Below, piece after piece: positions 36,882 to 46,317 of a stretch of 64,000 nucleotides of DNA. How positions within the stretch are numbered: the first letter of the stretch is position 1; every line of letters begins with the position of its first letter. The notes beneath the pieces were generated by a model that saw only the letters and a program-made list of their open reading frames with translations, did no database searches and was not told the DNA's origin. The position numbers and the translations under genes were made by a program. The stretch lies in contig JBAZYD010000001.1 in the NCBI GenBank assembly GCA_041659465.1, positions 4,281 to 68,280 of the forward strand. The letters are read 5' to 3'. The stretch comes from Candidatus Micrarchaeia archaeon. GTDB lineage: Archaea > Micrarchaeota > Micrarchaeia > Anstonellales > Anstonellaceae.

Positions 36882-38048
36882 ATGTTCATGAAAAGGGATG
36901 GGCAGGCCGGGGCAATGCCCCTTCTTCGCAGGCTGGTCTCCATAAATTCCGTTTTTCCGCATGAGAGGCAGCTTGCGCTTTTCGCTGCGGCGCACCTCAA
37001 GCGCTGCGGCTGCAGCGTTCGGCTTCAGGAGTTTGCGCCCGGCAGGCACAATGTCATCGCGCAGAAAGGGAGGAGGGAAGGCGCGGTGCTGCTTACCTCG
37101 CACCTGGACACCGTACCGCCTTACAATTACGGGAAGCGCGACCCTTTTTCCCTGAAGGAGGAGGCAGGGCGCATGCGCGGGCTTGGCGCATGGGACATGA
37201 AGGCAGGGCTTGCCCTTGTGCTCAGGTGCGCAGAGGAATGCACCCCTGGAAAGAAGGGGCTGCGGATTGTGCTTACGGCAGACGAGGAGAACATCTCCGA
37301 GGGCACGTGGTTTGCAAAGAAGCAGGGGGAGTTTTCCAACTGCAGCGCTGCCATTTGCCACGAGATACCCGATGCCATAAGGCCTCCGCGCGCAGGTGAG
37401 AGGCCGCCTATCATACTTGGCAGGCGCGGAAGGTGCGTATACAGATTCTCCGTTAACGGCGTGGGCGCGCACGCGGCAGGGGATGGCGGGAAGTCCGCGC
37501 TTGTGCTTGCCATGAGGCTTGCAGCCGCGCTTGAGGCAATCCCGATGCCGGATGGGAAAACAGGCCCGTGCAGGCTGTTTGTGAGGAAATTCTCGTCCGA
37601 GTCCCGCTCGCTTTCAGTGCCCACCGAGGCAGTGCTTGAGGCGGACGTGCACTATGTGCCGCCGTTCACCAAGGAAAGCTTCCTTTCGCACATAAGGAGG
37701 AGCCTCGCGCGCGCAAAGTTCTCCGTGCCTTCCGGCTGCTCATGGGGCGTGGAAATCCCCGCGCGAAAAACCCCTTACCTTCCCGCGTATGAAATAAGGA
37801 AGGAAAGCCCGTCAGCCGCGCGCTTCCTGTCAGCCTACAAAAAGCACATCGGCAGCTACGCGCTTTCCTACGGCCTTACCGTTGCGGATGAGAACGTGCT
37901 TTCGACCGAAGGGAAGAGGATGCCCATAATCACCGTCGGGCTGGAAGGCGGCAGCGCGCACAGCGCAGGCGAATGGGTGTCGAAGAAGGACTACCTGCTT
38001 CTTTGGGCGCGCATGCCGAAAATCGTGCAGGAAATGCTGGACGGATAG
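36882..38048 (+). CDS. M20-family metallo-amidohydrolase (ArgE/DapE-like deacylase)
   Basis: SHLDTV, GLGAWDMKAG, ADEE, HE, GAHA and C-terminal AH...E metal ligands. Confidence 0.9.
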   Translation: MFMKRDGQAGAMPLLRRLVSINSVFPHERQLALFAAAHLKRCGCSVRLQEFAPGRHNVIAQKGRREGAVLLTSHLDTVPPYNYGKRDPFSLKEEAGRMRGLGAWDMKAGLALVLRCAEECTPGKKGLRIVLTADEENISEGTWFAKKQGEFSNCSAAICHEIPDAIRPPRAGERPPIILGRRGRCVYRFSVNGVGAHAAGDGGKSALVLAMRLAAALEAIPMPDGKTGPCRLFVRKFSSESRSLSVPTEAVLEADVHYVPPFTKESFLSHIRRSLARAKFSVPSGCSWGVEIPARKTPYLPAYEIRKESPSAARFLSAYKKHIGSYALSYGLTVADENVLSTEGKRMPIITVGLEGGSAHSAGEWVSKKDYLLLWARMPKIVQEMLDG

Positions 38049-38073
38049 CAAGCAGCAGCGCCAATGGCTAGAA

Positions 38074-38133
38074 CTAGTCTTCTTCTGAATCCTCGGACTC
38101 ATCCCATTGCTTGTCCTCGCGCCAGGGGAACAT
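38074..38133 (-). CDS. Possible 19-aa acidic peptide MFPWREDKQWDESEDSEED
   Basis: ATG at 38133, TAG at 38074-38076; AAGG just upstream and TTTTAAA about 25 nt upstream on the minus strand. Confidence 0.3.
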   Translation of the reverse strand: MFPWREDKQWDESEDSEED

Positions 38134-38268
38134 GAAACCTTGCTGGGGGGAATGGTTTAAAACGGTTTCTAAAAACGCCTGATAGCCGGTGCCGGCGGGA
38201 GCGCGAAGGCGAGCGGGATGGTTGAGAAAGATTGTAAAGCTGAATGGCTGACGAGGTGGTTTATTCTT

Positions 38269-38285
38269 ACGCCCCGACCGTGCGT
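38269..38285 (-). repeat. 17-bp copy of 9322-9338 (ACGCACGGTCGGGGCGT) containing the tRNA-Asp 3' end
   Basis: ACGCCCCGACCGTGCGT is the exact reverse complement of 9322-9338. Confidence 0.85.
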
Positions 38286-38298
38286 GGGACTTGATGCC

Positions 38299-38850
38299 CT
38301 ATGCCTCAGCACGCACCTCTGACTTCTGCTTCTTTTGGGCATTCTTGATGCTCACTATTTCTGCAACAACGACGCCCACCATCGGATTAGAGTTCGCATA
38401 GAGGTAGATTTGCCTTTTTGTTTCATTTTGCCAAGTTTCATACAACTTTGGCAAACCTTCTTCTGTAAGAATAGCAACTGTTAGATTGAAGCTTCCAGTA
38501 GAGTATTCTCGCATATCTACTGCAAAAATACCCTGACATTTTTTGAGCTTGTAGTCAGAATAGAGATGAGGGAGACTATCGAGGCCAAACGCTTGTGTGC
38601 CAAGAAACTCTATCCCTGTAAAATTTTCAATAGGGACGCGTTTGCCCATAGAATATTTGTAGTTGAGAGAACGGCTAATGAGATGAGTTTCGCCAGACTT
38701 GTGGCGTGAAAGGTGAGAATCACCGTTGCGTATGTTGTGGGTGAAATATACGTCTCTATTACGAGTAATAATAACTGCACCGGCAGAGTAAGCTTTGTTC
38801 TCACCAAGAGCAACTATTTCAATCCTTATTTGTCGTGGATTTTGGCTCAT
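38299..38850 (-). CDS. Hypothetical protein with His cluster (HLSRHKSGETH)
   Basis: ORF with GGAGG upstream of ATG 38850. Confidence 0.75.
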   Translation of the reverse strand: MSQNPRQIRIEIVALGENKAYSAGAVIITRNRDVYFTHNIRNGDSHLSRHKSGETHLISRSLNYKYSMGKRVPIENFTGIEFLGTQAFGLDSLPHLYSDYKLKKCQGIFAVDMREYSTGSFNLTVAILTEEGLPKLYETWQNETKRQIYLYANSNPMVGVVVAEIVSIKNAQKKQKSEVRAEA

Positions 38851-38929
38851 ACGGTTATCCTCCCCATAAAGACACAGAGAAGGGAAGGTTTTTACGGGTT
38901 TTGAACGCAATCAGCGTTTGAGGGCGTGT

Positions 38930-39460
38930 ATGGTTGGTTTGGCTCCTGAAATTGTCATTACTATTTCTTCTGGCTTCTTATGCGGAGGATTCATTCTATT
39001 TCAAGTAGTAATATCTGGCGATTTTACAAAACGCTTTAAAGTGTTTAATTTGGCTGCTCAAAAAGAGATAAACAAGGGATATAGTGGAATAATTACATCT
39101 TTGTCAAAGCTGAAGAATGCACCGATTGAAGACAAGGTACGAAAATTGGAAGCTGCGACTGAGATACTATACATAATTCCAGATTTGCAGAACCAGTTGC
39201 TTGAAGTTGGAAAGAAAACAGTCTGGGCATATCTTCTTTTTTTAGCGGCGCTATTATCAGGCATTATTCAGTTGACAGCTTACATCACTTTAGACCCTGC
39301 TATCCCGTTCTGGTGCCTCATCTTAGGAATCTTGTATAGTGCCACGCTCGGTAAGGATCTTTTTGACCTCAACGCCACAATGATGAAATATGAATCTGGG
39401 AAAACGATGAAGCAAACGCTAAAGGATATTTTGGCTGAACTCGCAGAGGAGGAAGAATAA
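38930..39460 (+). CDS. Hypothetical membrane protein (about 3 TM)
   Basis: Three hydrophobic segments; upstream GGAAGGTTTTTA promoter-like motif. Confidence 0.75.
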   Translation: MVGLAPEIVITISSGFLCGGFILFQVVISGDFTKRFKVFNLAAQKEINKGYSGIITSLSKLKNAPIEDKVRKLEAATEILYIIPDLQNQLLEVGKKTVWAYLLFLAALLSGIIQLTAYITLDPAIPFWCLILGILYSATLGKDLFDLNATMMKYESGKTMKQTLKDILAELAEEEE

Positions 39461-39477
39461 CTACTTGGTGATTTTGC

Positions 39478-40482
39478 ATGGCTGGAAAGAAAAAGCAAAG
39501 CAAGCCAAAACCCGCAAGACAGATGCCGCAAGTTCCACCTGCCACTCCAACAACTGAACCAATCCCCGAATATCAAAATATACTTCAAAATATACTCAAT
39601 AGCTTGCAAGCAATGGCACCTGACAAAAAAAACAGCCGGATGGATAGAGAGATTCAATTTGCAAATATCTACATGGTTACTGGGAGCCTATTGTTTCTTG
39701 CGTTTATTTCAGCTCTGACGATTCCAGCCCAAAAAGATTCGAGATGGGTTTACAATTTTCATCAAATAGCATACTTAATGTATGGAACCTTTCCTGTTGC
39801 ATTACTATCACTATATCTTGGTTTTAAACACCTATCAAATGCGGAAGAGATTGAAAAAAAGATTAGAGACCATAAAAGTTTTTATGAGAAATTCCCAGAT
39901 GCAATCGTTCTTTTTTGGAACTTGTTAGTAACCGCGGCTGTTATTTTCATTATTGTGGTTTGTGTATTTCTTGTATTAACTGTGGTTAGTTTATTGCTGT
40001 CGATGCTCGCCGAATTTTTAATGTCCCCTGGTTTTAATTTTTCTATATCTTTAACTTCGATATTAACATCAATTGAGGCATATTCCAAAGACTTTGTGGT
40101 GTATTTCTTTCAAATATTCATCACACTTGTTGTATTGGGCGGAGTCACTATTGTAGCTGTTATTCCGGCTATTATTGGACTCGCGGTAATCCATTTCGGT
40201 TCAGGCCTATTAGAAGAAGTTGCATCAATTAAGCAAGGTGAACTTATGGAATTAGTGGTGTTTATTGTTGGCATTGTGATTCTATTGCCAGCAATAGGTA
40301 ATCTATTGGGTCTTCATGATTGGGGGAGTTGGATAAATCCAAATAATGTTGTCTCATTCGTATTTTTTCTAAATCTTGATGACCCATATCATTTGACAGT
40401 TATTGGACTGATAGTTAGTCTAACGATTATGGTTATTGCTGGCGTTCACTCAAGAGCCGAATTAAAAACAGACCCAATATAA
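39478..40482 (+). CDS. Hypothetical polytopic membrane protein
   Basis: Basic N-terminus followed by 6 or more hydrophobic segments; GGTGA SD-like sequence. Confidence 0.75.
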   Translation: MAGKKKQSKPKPARQMPQVPPATPTTEPIPEYQNILQNILNSLQAMAPDKKNSRMDREIQFANIYMVTGSLLFLAFISALTIPAQKDSRWVYNFHQIAYLMYGTFPVALLSLYLGFKHLSNAEEIEKKIRDHKSFYEKFPDAIVLFWNLLVTAAVIFIIVVCVFLVLTVVSLLLSMLAEFLMSPGFNFSISLTSILTSIEAYSKDFVVYFFQIFITLVVLGGVTIVAVIPAIIGLAVIHFGSGLLEEVASIKQGELMELVVFIVGIVILLPAIGNLLGLHDWGSWINPNNVVSFVFFLNLDDPYHLTVIGLIVSLTIMVIAGVHSRAELKTDPI

Positions 40483-40495
40483 GCCAAACATTTTT

Positions 40496-40927
40496 TTAAA
40501 CCGATTTCGGCGCAGGTGTTTGCTCATTTTTTGATTCCTTGTAAGTCAGAGTTAACTTGTAGTGGATAGTGTTCACACACCTACGGCCTATTTTTCTCCC
40601 CTTGGGCGTGCCTTCGTCTCCATGGCACACTATAAAACCCTCCTTTTCAGTTTGCTTGGAACCTGTCATCGCGCTGATTGCGAAGTCGATTTCATATCCT
40701 CCACGACGACAAGACGGATTACTACACCGTAAGAGTCCCCCTCGTTCTTTGATGGAAACTTGGCGGTCATATTTACGTTTTTTTTCCTCTTCGGATTGAT
40801 ATTGTTCATAAGTTCCATAGCCAGTTTCGCGATATTCGAGTATCGCATCTTCTAGCGCTGGGAATGCTTTATCAAATGTAGTTAACTCTCCAAAAACTCT
40901 CATGCTCCTATCCATAGGTTCTCCCAT
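40496..40927 (-). CDS. Hypothetical zinc-binding protein (CSNPSCRRGG...CHGDEGTPKGR...RC)
   Basis: Four spaced Cys in an intact ORF; start uncertain. Confidence 0.72.
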   Translation of the reverse strand: MGEPMDRSMRVFGELTTFDKAFPALEDAILEYRETGYGTYEQYQSEEEKKRKYDRQVSIKERGGLLRCSNPSCRRGGYEIDFAISAMTGSKQTEKEGFIVCHGDEGTPKGRKIGRRCVNTIHYKLTLTYKESKNEQTPAPKSV

Positions 40928-40944
40928 AAAGACCCCCATATTTG

Positions 40945-41568
40945 CTACCTTGGCTCTCTAATTAAACTTCTTTCCAATATCTTTGTATAGCTCAGAAACA
41001 TCAATAAAATAATAAAGAAGCCGGAAACAAATCCATCGACTAAAATATTGGAATTGTAAGTAATAGCGATGACGAAGAAAAGGAAGATTCCGCCCCATAT
41101 AGATAGGGACATTCTTTTTGAGTTACTAGAATCTAGAGGGTCGTTTTGACTGAGCAATTTGGAGATATATGCATCTAGTTTTTTCACAGCTCTCGTAGAA
41201 GAGGCTATCTTGAACTGTTTATGTACAAATTTATGTCTCATTTTTGCATATATGAGCCCTTGGGCTGGAATAAATGGGATTAATTCTAATAAAATCCAAA
41301 TCAAGGTATATATCAACACCATCGAATGGATGGCAGAACTTGAAGCGGACGGGTCACCCGCCCACGCTCCTTGAAGTTTAGAGAGCGCATCAACCACAAG
41401 TAGTATTATGCCAAGAACAGCAACGAAAACCCCCATTTGCTGATAGGTAGAGTCAGTGAGAAGATTTGTAGTGAAGTCGCCTTGAGAAAGAAGAGCTTCA
41501 AAAGCATTCTTGTCCTTTGGCATCTTTAAAGATTGAGTTTGACCTCTCTTTGCTTTTGTTTTAGCCAT
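40945..41568 (-). CDS. Hypothetical membrane protein (about 4 TM)
   Basis: Two pairs of hydrophobic segments; GGGAG upstream. Confidence 0.75.
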   Translation of the reverse strand: MAKTKAKRGQTQSLKMPKDKNAFEALLSQGDFTTNLLTDSTYQQMGVFVAVLGIILLVVDALSKLQGAWAGDPSASSSAIHSMVLIYTLIWILLELIPFIPAQGLIYAKMRHKFVHKQFKIASSTRAVKKLDAYISKLLSQNDPLDSSNSKRMSLSIWGGIFLFFVIAITYNSNILVDGFVSGFFIILLMFLSYTKILERSLIREPR

Positions 41569-41720
41569 TTACTCTCCCTTCTGCGTGTGGGCTTCCGAAC
41601 CATAAAAACCTTCCCTATGCGAGCTGGCAGCCATGCCACCGAGCAATATTTGTCCCTACCTTTACGGCGAGAAGATAGCTTTTTAACGGCTTATGTGTGA
41701 TGGGGCATGGAGGTCATTTT

Positions 41721-42062
41721 ATGGCGGATGAAAAAAGAATTGAGATAGTAGCCGCTCCGAAAGATTTTTTCGCAGTGGTGTGCATAGAGGAAGATACTGA
41801 CGATGGAAAAAAAGTAATGGATTATGAAATTCGCCCTGTCCTGTTTTTCAGATGGGAATGTGTTGAAGAATATTCCAAAGTAGACGAAAGTGAATACATA
41901 CCGATTCTGTTGGTGAACAACCGCGTAGTTTCCGAACCAGCGTCAAATGAAGCGGTTAGTTTTTTCGGGAGTTATGAGAAATGTAAAACAGAAGTTGCCC
42001 AGCTCTATGCAAATGCAGTAAAGGAAGAAGAGTCCGAGACTGTTTCTTCCCCTTCCGATTAA
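41721..42062 (+). CDS. Small acidic hypothetical protein
   Basis: GGAGG upstream of ATG 41721. Confidence 0.65.
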   Translation: MADEKRIEIVAAPKDFFAVVCIEEDTDDGKKVMDYEIRPVLFFRWECVEEYSKVDESEYIPILLVNNRVVSEPASNEAVSFFGSYEKCKTEVAQLYANAVKEEESETVSSPSD

Positions 42063-42130
42063 CCCGTCACAGACCAAAGCAGGCAAACACCGCCTCAAGC
42101 AAGAAAAAAGAGCTGGAGATGCCAGACTTG

Positions 42131-43198
42131 TCAACCCTTCTTCTTCACCATCCCCTTCACCGCGCCCTTGAGGACAGCTATCGCGCGCTTGTAATCCGCG
42201 ATGTCTATCACTTCGTTGGGCGTGTGGTCGAGCGCGGAGTCGCCAGGCCCGTAGGCGATTGTGGGGATGCCCGCGTGTATGGTGATGTTCATGTCCGCGC
42301 TTCCGCTCTTCTTCACGTAGCGCGGGGAGAGCGCGCACTCGCGCATGGAGGCGACCATTGCGCGGCAGAGCGCGTGGTTGGGGTCGGTCTCCACGCCCGG
42401 AAGGCTTTCGTGCACCTGCACGGACACGGACGAGGGCGCAAGCGAGCGGAAGGTGCGCGTGACATCGCTGTTCCGTATGGACGGGGGCACGCGCACGTCT
42501 ATCACGAAGTCAAGCGTTGCAGGGACCACGTTTATGGCATCGCGCGAGCCGCCTGCTATCTGGGTGAGGTTCATGATGACGCTGTCAAAGTTGTTCTTGT
42601 GCGCTGGGTAGGTGGCGCGAAGGCGCTGGTAGTATTCTATTGTGCGCTCAATGGGGTTTTCCGACGCCATGCCTGCGTGAGAGGACTTGCCGTGCGTGCG
42701 GCACTCCACCACAAGCCTTCCCTTGTAGGCTATGGTTATTCCATTAGTGTTGGATGGCTCGCCGTTTATTGCCATTTTTGGCTTGGCATAGGTGAGAAGG
42801 TGGCGGATGCCCTTTGAGGTGGGCGCCTCTTCCTCTGTCACGCCTGCCACCATTATCTTGAGAGGGGAGCTGCAGCTCTCTGCGCCTGCCGTGAGAAGCG
42901 CGGCAAGCGGGGATTTGGCATCCACTGCGCCCCTGCCGTATATCTTGCCCTCCGCGCGCTTGTAGGGCATGGGGTCTGATATGGTGTCCATGTGCCCAAA
43001 GAGTAGGAGGTCTGGCGAGTCGCCTTTCTGGTGAGGGTAGTTTGTGGCAACTGCGTTGCCTGCTGCGTCAATCCACACTTTTTCAAAGGGGAACTGTTTG
43101 AGGTACGACTCACAGAGCTTTGCCACCTTTTGCTCCTGCCCTGATGGGCTGGGGGTGGAGACAAGGGAGGCGAGAAAGTCCACGGAGTCTGGTTTCAT
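42131..43198 (-). CDS. lysK: [LysW]-lysine/[LysW]-ornithine hydrolase (M20)
   Basis: SPSGQE, GHMDT, GRGAVDAK, EEE, GEPS, GSADMN, YGPGDSALDHTPNE; last gene of the lysW operon. Confidence 0.93.
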   Translation of the reverse strand: MKPDSVDFLASLVSTPSPSGQEQKVAKLCESYLKQFPFEKVWIDAAGNAVATNYPHQKGDSPDLLLFGHMDTISDPMPYKRAEGKIYGRGAVDAKSPLAALLTAGAESCSSPLKIMVAGVTEEEAPTSKGIRHLLTYAKPKMAINGEPSNTNGITIAYKGRLVVECRTHGKSSHAGMASENPIERTIEYYQRLRATYPAHKNNFDSVIMNLTQIAGGSRDAINVVPATLDFVIDVRVPPSIRNSDVTRTFRSLAPSSVSVQVHESLPGVETDPNHALCRAMVASMRECALSPRYVKKSGSADMNITIHAGIPTIAYGPGDSALDHTPNEVIDIADYKRAIAVLKGAVKGMVKKKG

Positions 43199-44361
43199 TG
43201 GATGACCTCGGAGATTGTTGCGGCAACACTGTCCAGTGAGCCACGCGAGATGATGTAGGGCGGAAGCAGCCGCACCACCTGCTCGCCGGCGGGAAGCGCA
43301 AGCACTCCTTTTTGAAGGAGTGCTGCAAGGGGCTCTCTTGCCATTATCTTGAGCTCAATTGCCATCATGAAGCCCATGCCGCGCACCTCGCGGAACTGGG
43401 ATTTTGAGGAAAGGGAGGCGGACAGTTTTTGCATCATGTATTTGCCGTCCTCGCTCACTTTTTGCAGCAGCTTGTCCTTTTCAATGGTGTCAAGCACGGC
43501 ATTTGCCGCTGCTGCGGCAAGAGGGTTGCCGCCAAAGGTGCTGCCGTGCTCAAGCGGCGTGAAGGCGGCAACTTCTTCTGCCGCGATTGTGGCGCCTATG
43601 GGCACTCCGCCGCCAAGCCCTTTTGCTAGGCATACTATGTCAGGGCGGATGCCGAAGTGCTCGAATGCGAAGAATTTGCCTGTCCTGCCGCTGCCTGTCT
43701 GTACTTCATCGCAGATGAGAAGCGCGCCCTTGTCAGTGCAGATGTCGCGCGCCGCCTTCATGTACTCGGATGTTGCTGGGCGGATGCCGCCCTCGCCCTG
43801 TATGGGCTCAAGTATGAGTGCGGCTGTTTCGGAAGTCACTGTAGTTTTGAGGGACTCCATGTCATTGAAGCGCGTTCGCACCACTGGACCAAGCAGTGGC
43901 TCGAAGGGGGCGCGGTATTTTTCCTTGAAGGTGACTGAAAGCGCGCCTGAGGAGCGGCCGTGGAATGCGTTCATTGCCGCTGTGAATGCCTTCCTGCCGG
44001 TTTTCTTGCGGGCAAGCTTGAGCGCGGCTTCTATTGACTCGGTGCCGCTGTTGCAGAGGAATACCTTGCTGGGAGTGCCGAAAAGCATGCTGAGGCGCTC
44101 AAGTAGGCGAGCGCGCTCAGTGTTGGCGAATGGCGACTGGCAGGTCATGAGTTTGCTTGCTTGGGAGCTTACTGCTGAGACAACTGCGGGGTGGTTGTGC
44201 CCCATGATGGCAACGCCCACGCCGGTGTTGCAGTCTATGTAGCGCTTGCCCTCTATGTCCCAGACGAATTCCTTTTCGCCCCGCTCCAAAGCAATGCCGC
44301 GCTTGCCGTAGAGGTTCATTTCGTATTTGAGCTCCTGTGCGCATAGTTCTTGATTGTTCAT
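43195..44361 (-). CDS. lysJ: [LysW]-aminoadipate/glutamate semialdehyde aminotransferase
   Basis: NSGTESIEAALK, FHGR, EPIQGEGG, DEVQTG, AKGLGGG, HGSTFGGNP. Confidence 0.93.
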   Translation of the reverse strand: MNNQELCAQELKYEMNLYGKRGIALERGEKEFVWDIEGKRYIDCNTGVGVAIMGHNHPAVVSAVSSQASKLMTCQSPFANTERARLLERLSMLFGTPSKVFLCNSGTESIEAALKLARKKTGRKAFTAAMNAFHGRSSGALSVTFKEKYRAPFEPLLGPVVRTRFNDMESLKTTVTSETAALILEPIQGEGGIRPATSEYMKAARDICTDKGALLICDEVQTGSGRTGKFFAFEHFGIRPDIVCLAKGLGGGVPIGATIAAEEVAAFTPLEHGSTFGGNPLAAAAANAVLDTIEKDKLLQKVSEDGKYMMQKLSASLSSKSQFREVRGMGFMMAIELKIMAREPLAALLQKGVLALPAGEQVVRLLPPYIISRGSLDSVAATISEVIQ

Positions 44362-44379
44362 AGTACCACGTTCCATTCC

Positions 44380-45174
44380 TCATTTCACGAAATGCGTGCC
44401 TGCGCCTGCTAGCGCGCTTGTTGCCGGCTTGTCTTTTGTGCCGCTGCAGATTATCACTTCAGGCACGCTGCCGGACAAAGCCTCGGACACTGCAACGAGC
44501 TTGCGCTTCATGCCTGCGGAGGCGCCTTTTTGGAAGTCCGGTATCTCCGCACTGGTGGCTCGCGCCACCAGGTCGTTGGGGAAGTTGCGGAAATAGCCTT
44601 CCACGTCTGTGAAAAGGATAAGCTTTTGCGCCTTGAGGGAACTGGCGATTGCCGCTGCTGCGCGGTCGCCGTCCACGTTCAGGGGCTCGAACTCTTCTCC
44701 TAGTGCAATGGGAGCTACAATGGGAACGAACCCGCGCTCAAGGAGCGCAAGGAGTGGCGAGGCGTCTATGCGGGAGATTTTGCCTGAGTAGTCGTCGCGC
44801 ACCATGCGCTCCTTGCCGTTTTCCACGCTTATGAGGATTTTGCGCTTTGCGTGCACTATTCCGCTGGCGCCTGAGACGCCCACTGCGTTCACGCCGGCTT
44901 TTCTGAGCTGGAGCACAAGGGACGTGTTCACCCCGCCCCCTACTGCCATCACGAAGTTTTGCATTGTTTGCTTGTCAGTGTGGCGGGACTTGAAGCCATC
45001 TTTTGAGTAAATGTAAGTGGGCTCCCTGCCGGATGCTTTCTCAAGCGCGGACACTTGGGGACCGCCGCCGTGCACGAGCACGATTTTTTCGCCGGAGGAA
45101 ACGAGGGAGGCTATGTCTGAGGCAAGTGCTGACGCATTGTCTGCCATGCTGCCACCGATTTTCAGTACAAGCAT
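44380..45174 (-). CDS. lysZ: [LysW]-aminoadipate/glutamate kinase
   Basis: VLKIGG, VHGGG, SRHTD, DDYSGK, NVDGDRAA, GMKRKL. Confidence 0.93.
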   Translation of the reverse strand: MLVLKIGGSMADNASALASDIASLVSSGEKIVLVHGGGPQVSALEKASGREPTYIYSKDGFKSRHTDKQTMQNFVMAVGGGVNTSLVLQLRKAGVNAVGVSGASGIVHAKRKILISVENGKERMVRDDYSGKISRIDASPLLALLERGFVPIVAPIALGEEFEPLNVDGDRAAAAIASSLKAQKLILFTDVEGYFRNFPNDLVARATSAEIPDFQKGASAGMKRKLVAVSEALSGSVPEVIICSGTKDKPATSALAGAGTHFVK

Positions 45175-45259
45175 AATAGCACCTATTGCTGCGCCCCTAT
45201 CGCGCGGCTGCATGGAATGCTGCCGCCTATTTTTAGCACAAGCATTAGAACACCGGAAA

Positions 45260-46312
45260 CTAGAGCGGGTGGAAGCCGGGCTGCCAGAGCCCGAGCTTTT
45301 CGTCAAAGCCGTTCATGAGGTTGAAGCACTGCAGCGCCTGGCCGCCGCTTCCCTTCACAAGGTTGTCTATCGCGCTCATGAGTATTATCCTCTTTTTCTC
45401 AGGGTCGATTTCAAAGCCCAGGTCGGCAAAATTGGTGCCAACCACTGGCTTGGGCTCGGGGTAGCGGTAGAGCGTGTCCTTGTCCTTTACTATGCGCACG
45501 AAGGGAGAGCCTGTGTAGAAGCTGCGGTAGGCCTTCCAGATGTCCACGTCCTTTGCCTCCTGGGGAAGGGAAGCGTGCACTGTGGACATGATGCCGCGCA
45601 CCATTTCAATCCCGTGGGGGGTCATGCCAACGGATATCGGCGAGCCGGCTATTTCGGAAAGCTCCTGCTCAATTTCCGCAGTGTGGCGGTGCCCGTGCGG
45701 CTTGTAGGAGCGCACTGTCCCGCTCCTCTCAGGGTGGTGCGTGGAAATGTCAAACGAGGCGCCGCCTGCTGCAGAGCCGATTTTGCTGTCCGCGATTATG
45801 CCTTCCGTTGCAATGAGCTTGTTCTTTATGAGGGGGGCAAGCGGAAGGATGATGGATGTTGCAAGGCAGCCTGCGCATGCCACGAGCTTTGCAGAGCGGA
45901 TTTTCTCGCGGTGGAGCTCGGGTATTCCGTACACTGCCTTGTCAAGAAGCTCTGGCGCTGGGTGCTCCTGGTAGTATTTTGCATAGGTGTCCTTGTTGTG
46001 CAGGCGGAAGTCAGCGGACAGGTCGATTATCTTGGCGCCTGTTTCCCAGAACTGCTTCACGTAGGGCGAGGCAGCCTTGTGGGGCGTGCAGATGAAAACG
46101 GCGTCAATGTCTATAGACAGCTGCTTGACCGGCACAAATGCAAGTGAGGTGAAGCCCCTTAGATTTGGGTTGAGTTTCGTTGCCGCTTGCCCTGCAAAGC
46201 GCTCGGAAGTAATCTGCGATACCTCTATCTCAGGATGCATAAGCGCCCAGCGAAGGAGCTCGCCCCCTGTGTAGCCTGATGCGCCGATGATTGCGATTTT
46301 CTTTTTGGCCAT
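45260..46312 (-). CDS. lysY: [LysW]-aminoadipyl/glutamyl-phosphate reductase
   Basis: IIGASGYTGGELLR, DLSADFRL, AGC, HHPER, HRH.AEI, DNLVKG. Confidence 0.95.
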   Translation of the reverse strand: MAKKKIAIIGASGYTGGELLRWALMHPEIEVSQITSERFAGQAATKLNPNLRGFTSLAFVPVKQLSIDIDAVFICTPHKAASPYVKQFWETGAKIIDLSADFRLHNKDTYAKYYQEHPAPELLDKAVYGIPELHREKIRSAKLVACAGCLATSIILPLAPLIKNKLIATEGIIADSKIGSAAGGASFDISTHHPERSGTVRSYKPHGHRHTAEIEQELSEIAGSPISVGMTPHGIEMVRGIMSTVHASLPQEAKDVDIWKAYRSFYTGSPFVRIVKDKDTLYRYPEPKPVVGTNFADLGFEIDPEKKRIILMSAIDNLVKGSGGQALQCFNLMNGFDEKLGLWQPGFHPL

Positions 46313-46317
46313 AAACG

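Larger units (their letters stand above)
38269..42120. mobile_element. AT-rich island of six orphan genes, no integrase seen
   Basis: Sharp compositional shift between the M20 gene and lysK; left edge marked by the 17-mer; right edge approximate. Confidence 0.6.

Noticed and set aside
38269..42120. Provirus
   Set aside because: No integrase, capsid, terminase or replication genes, and no second att copy found at the right edge
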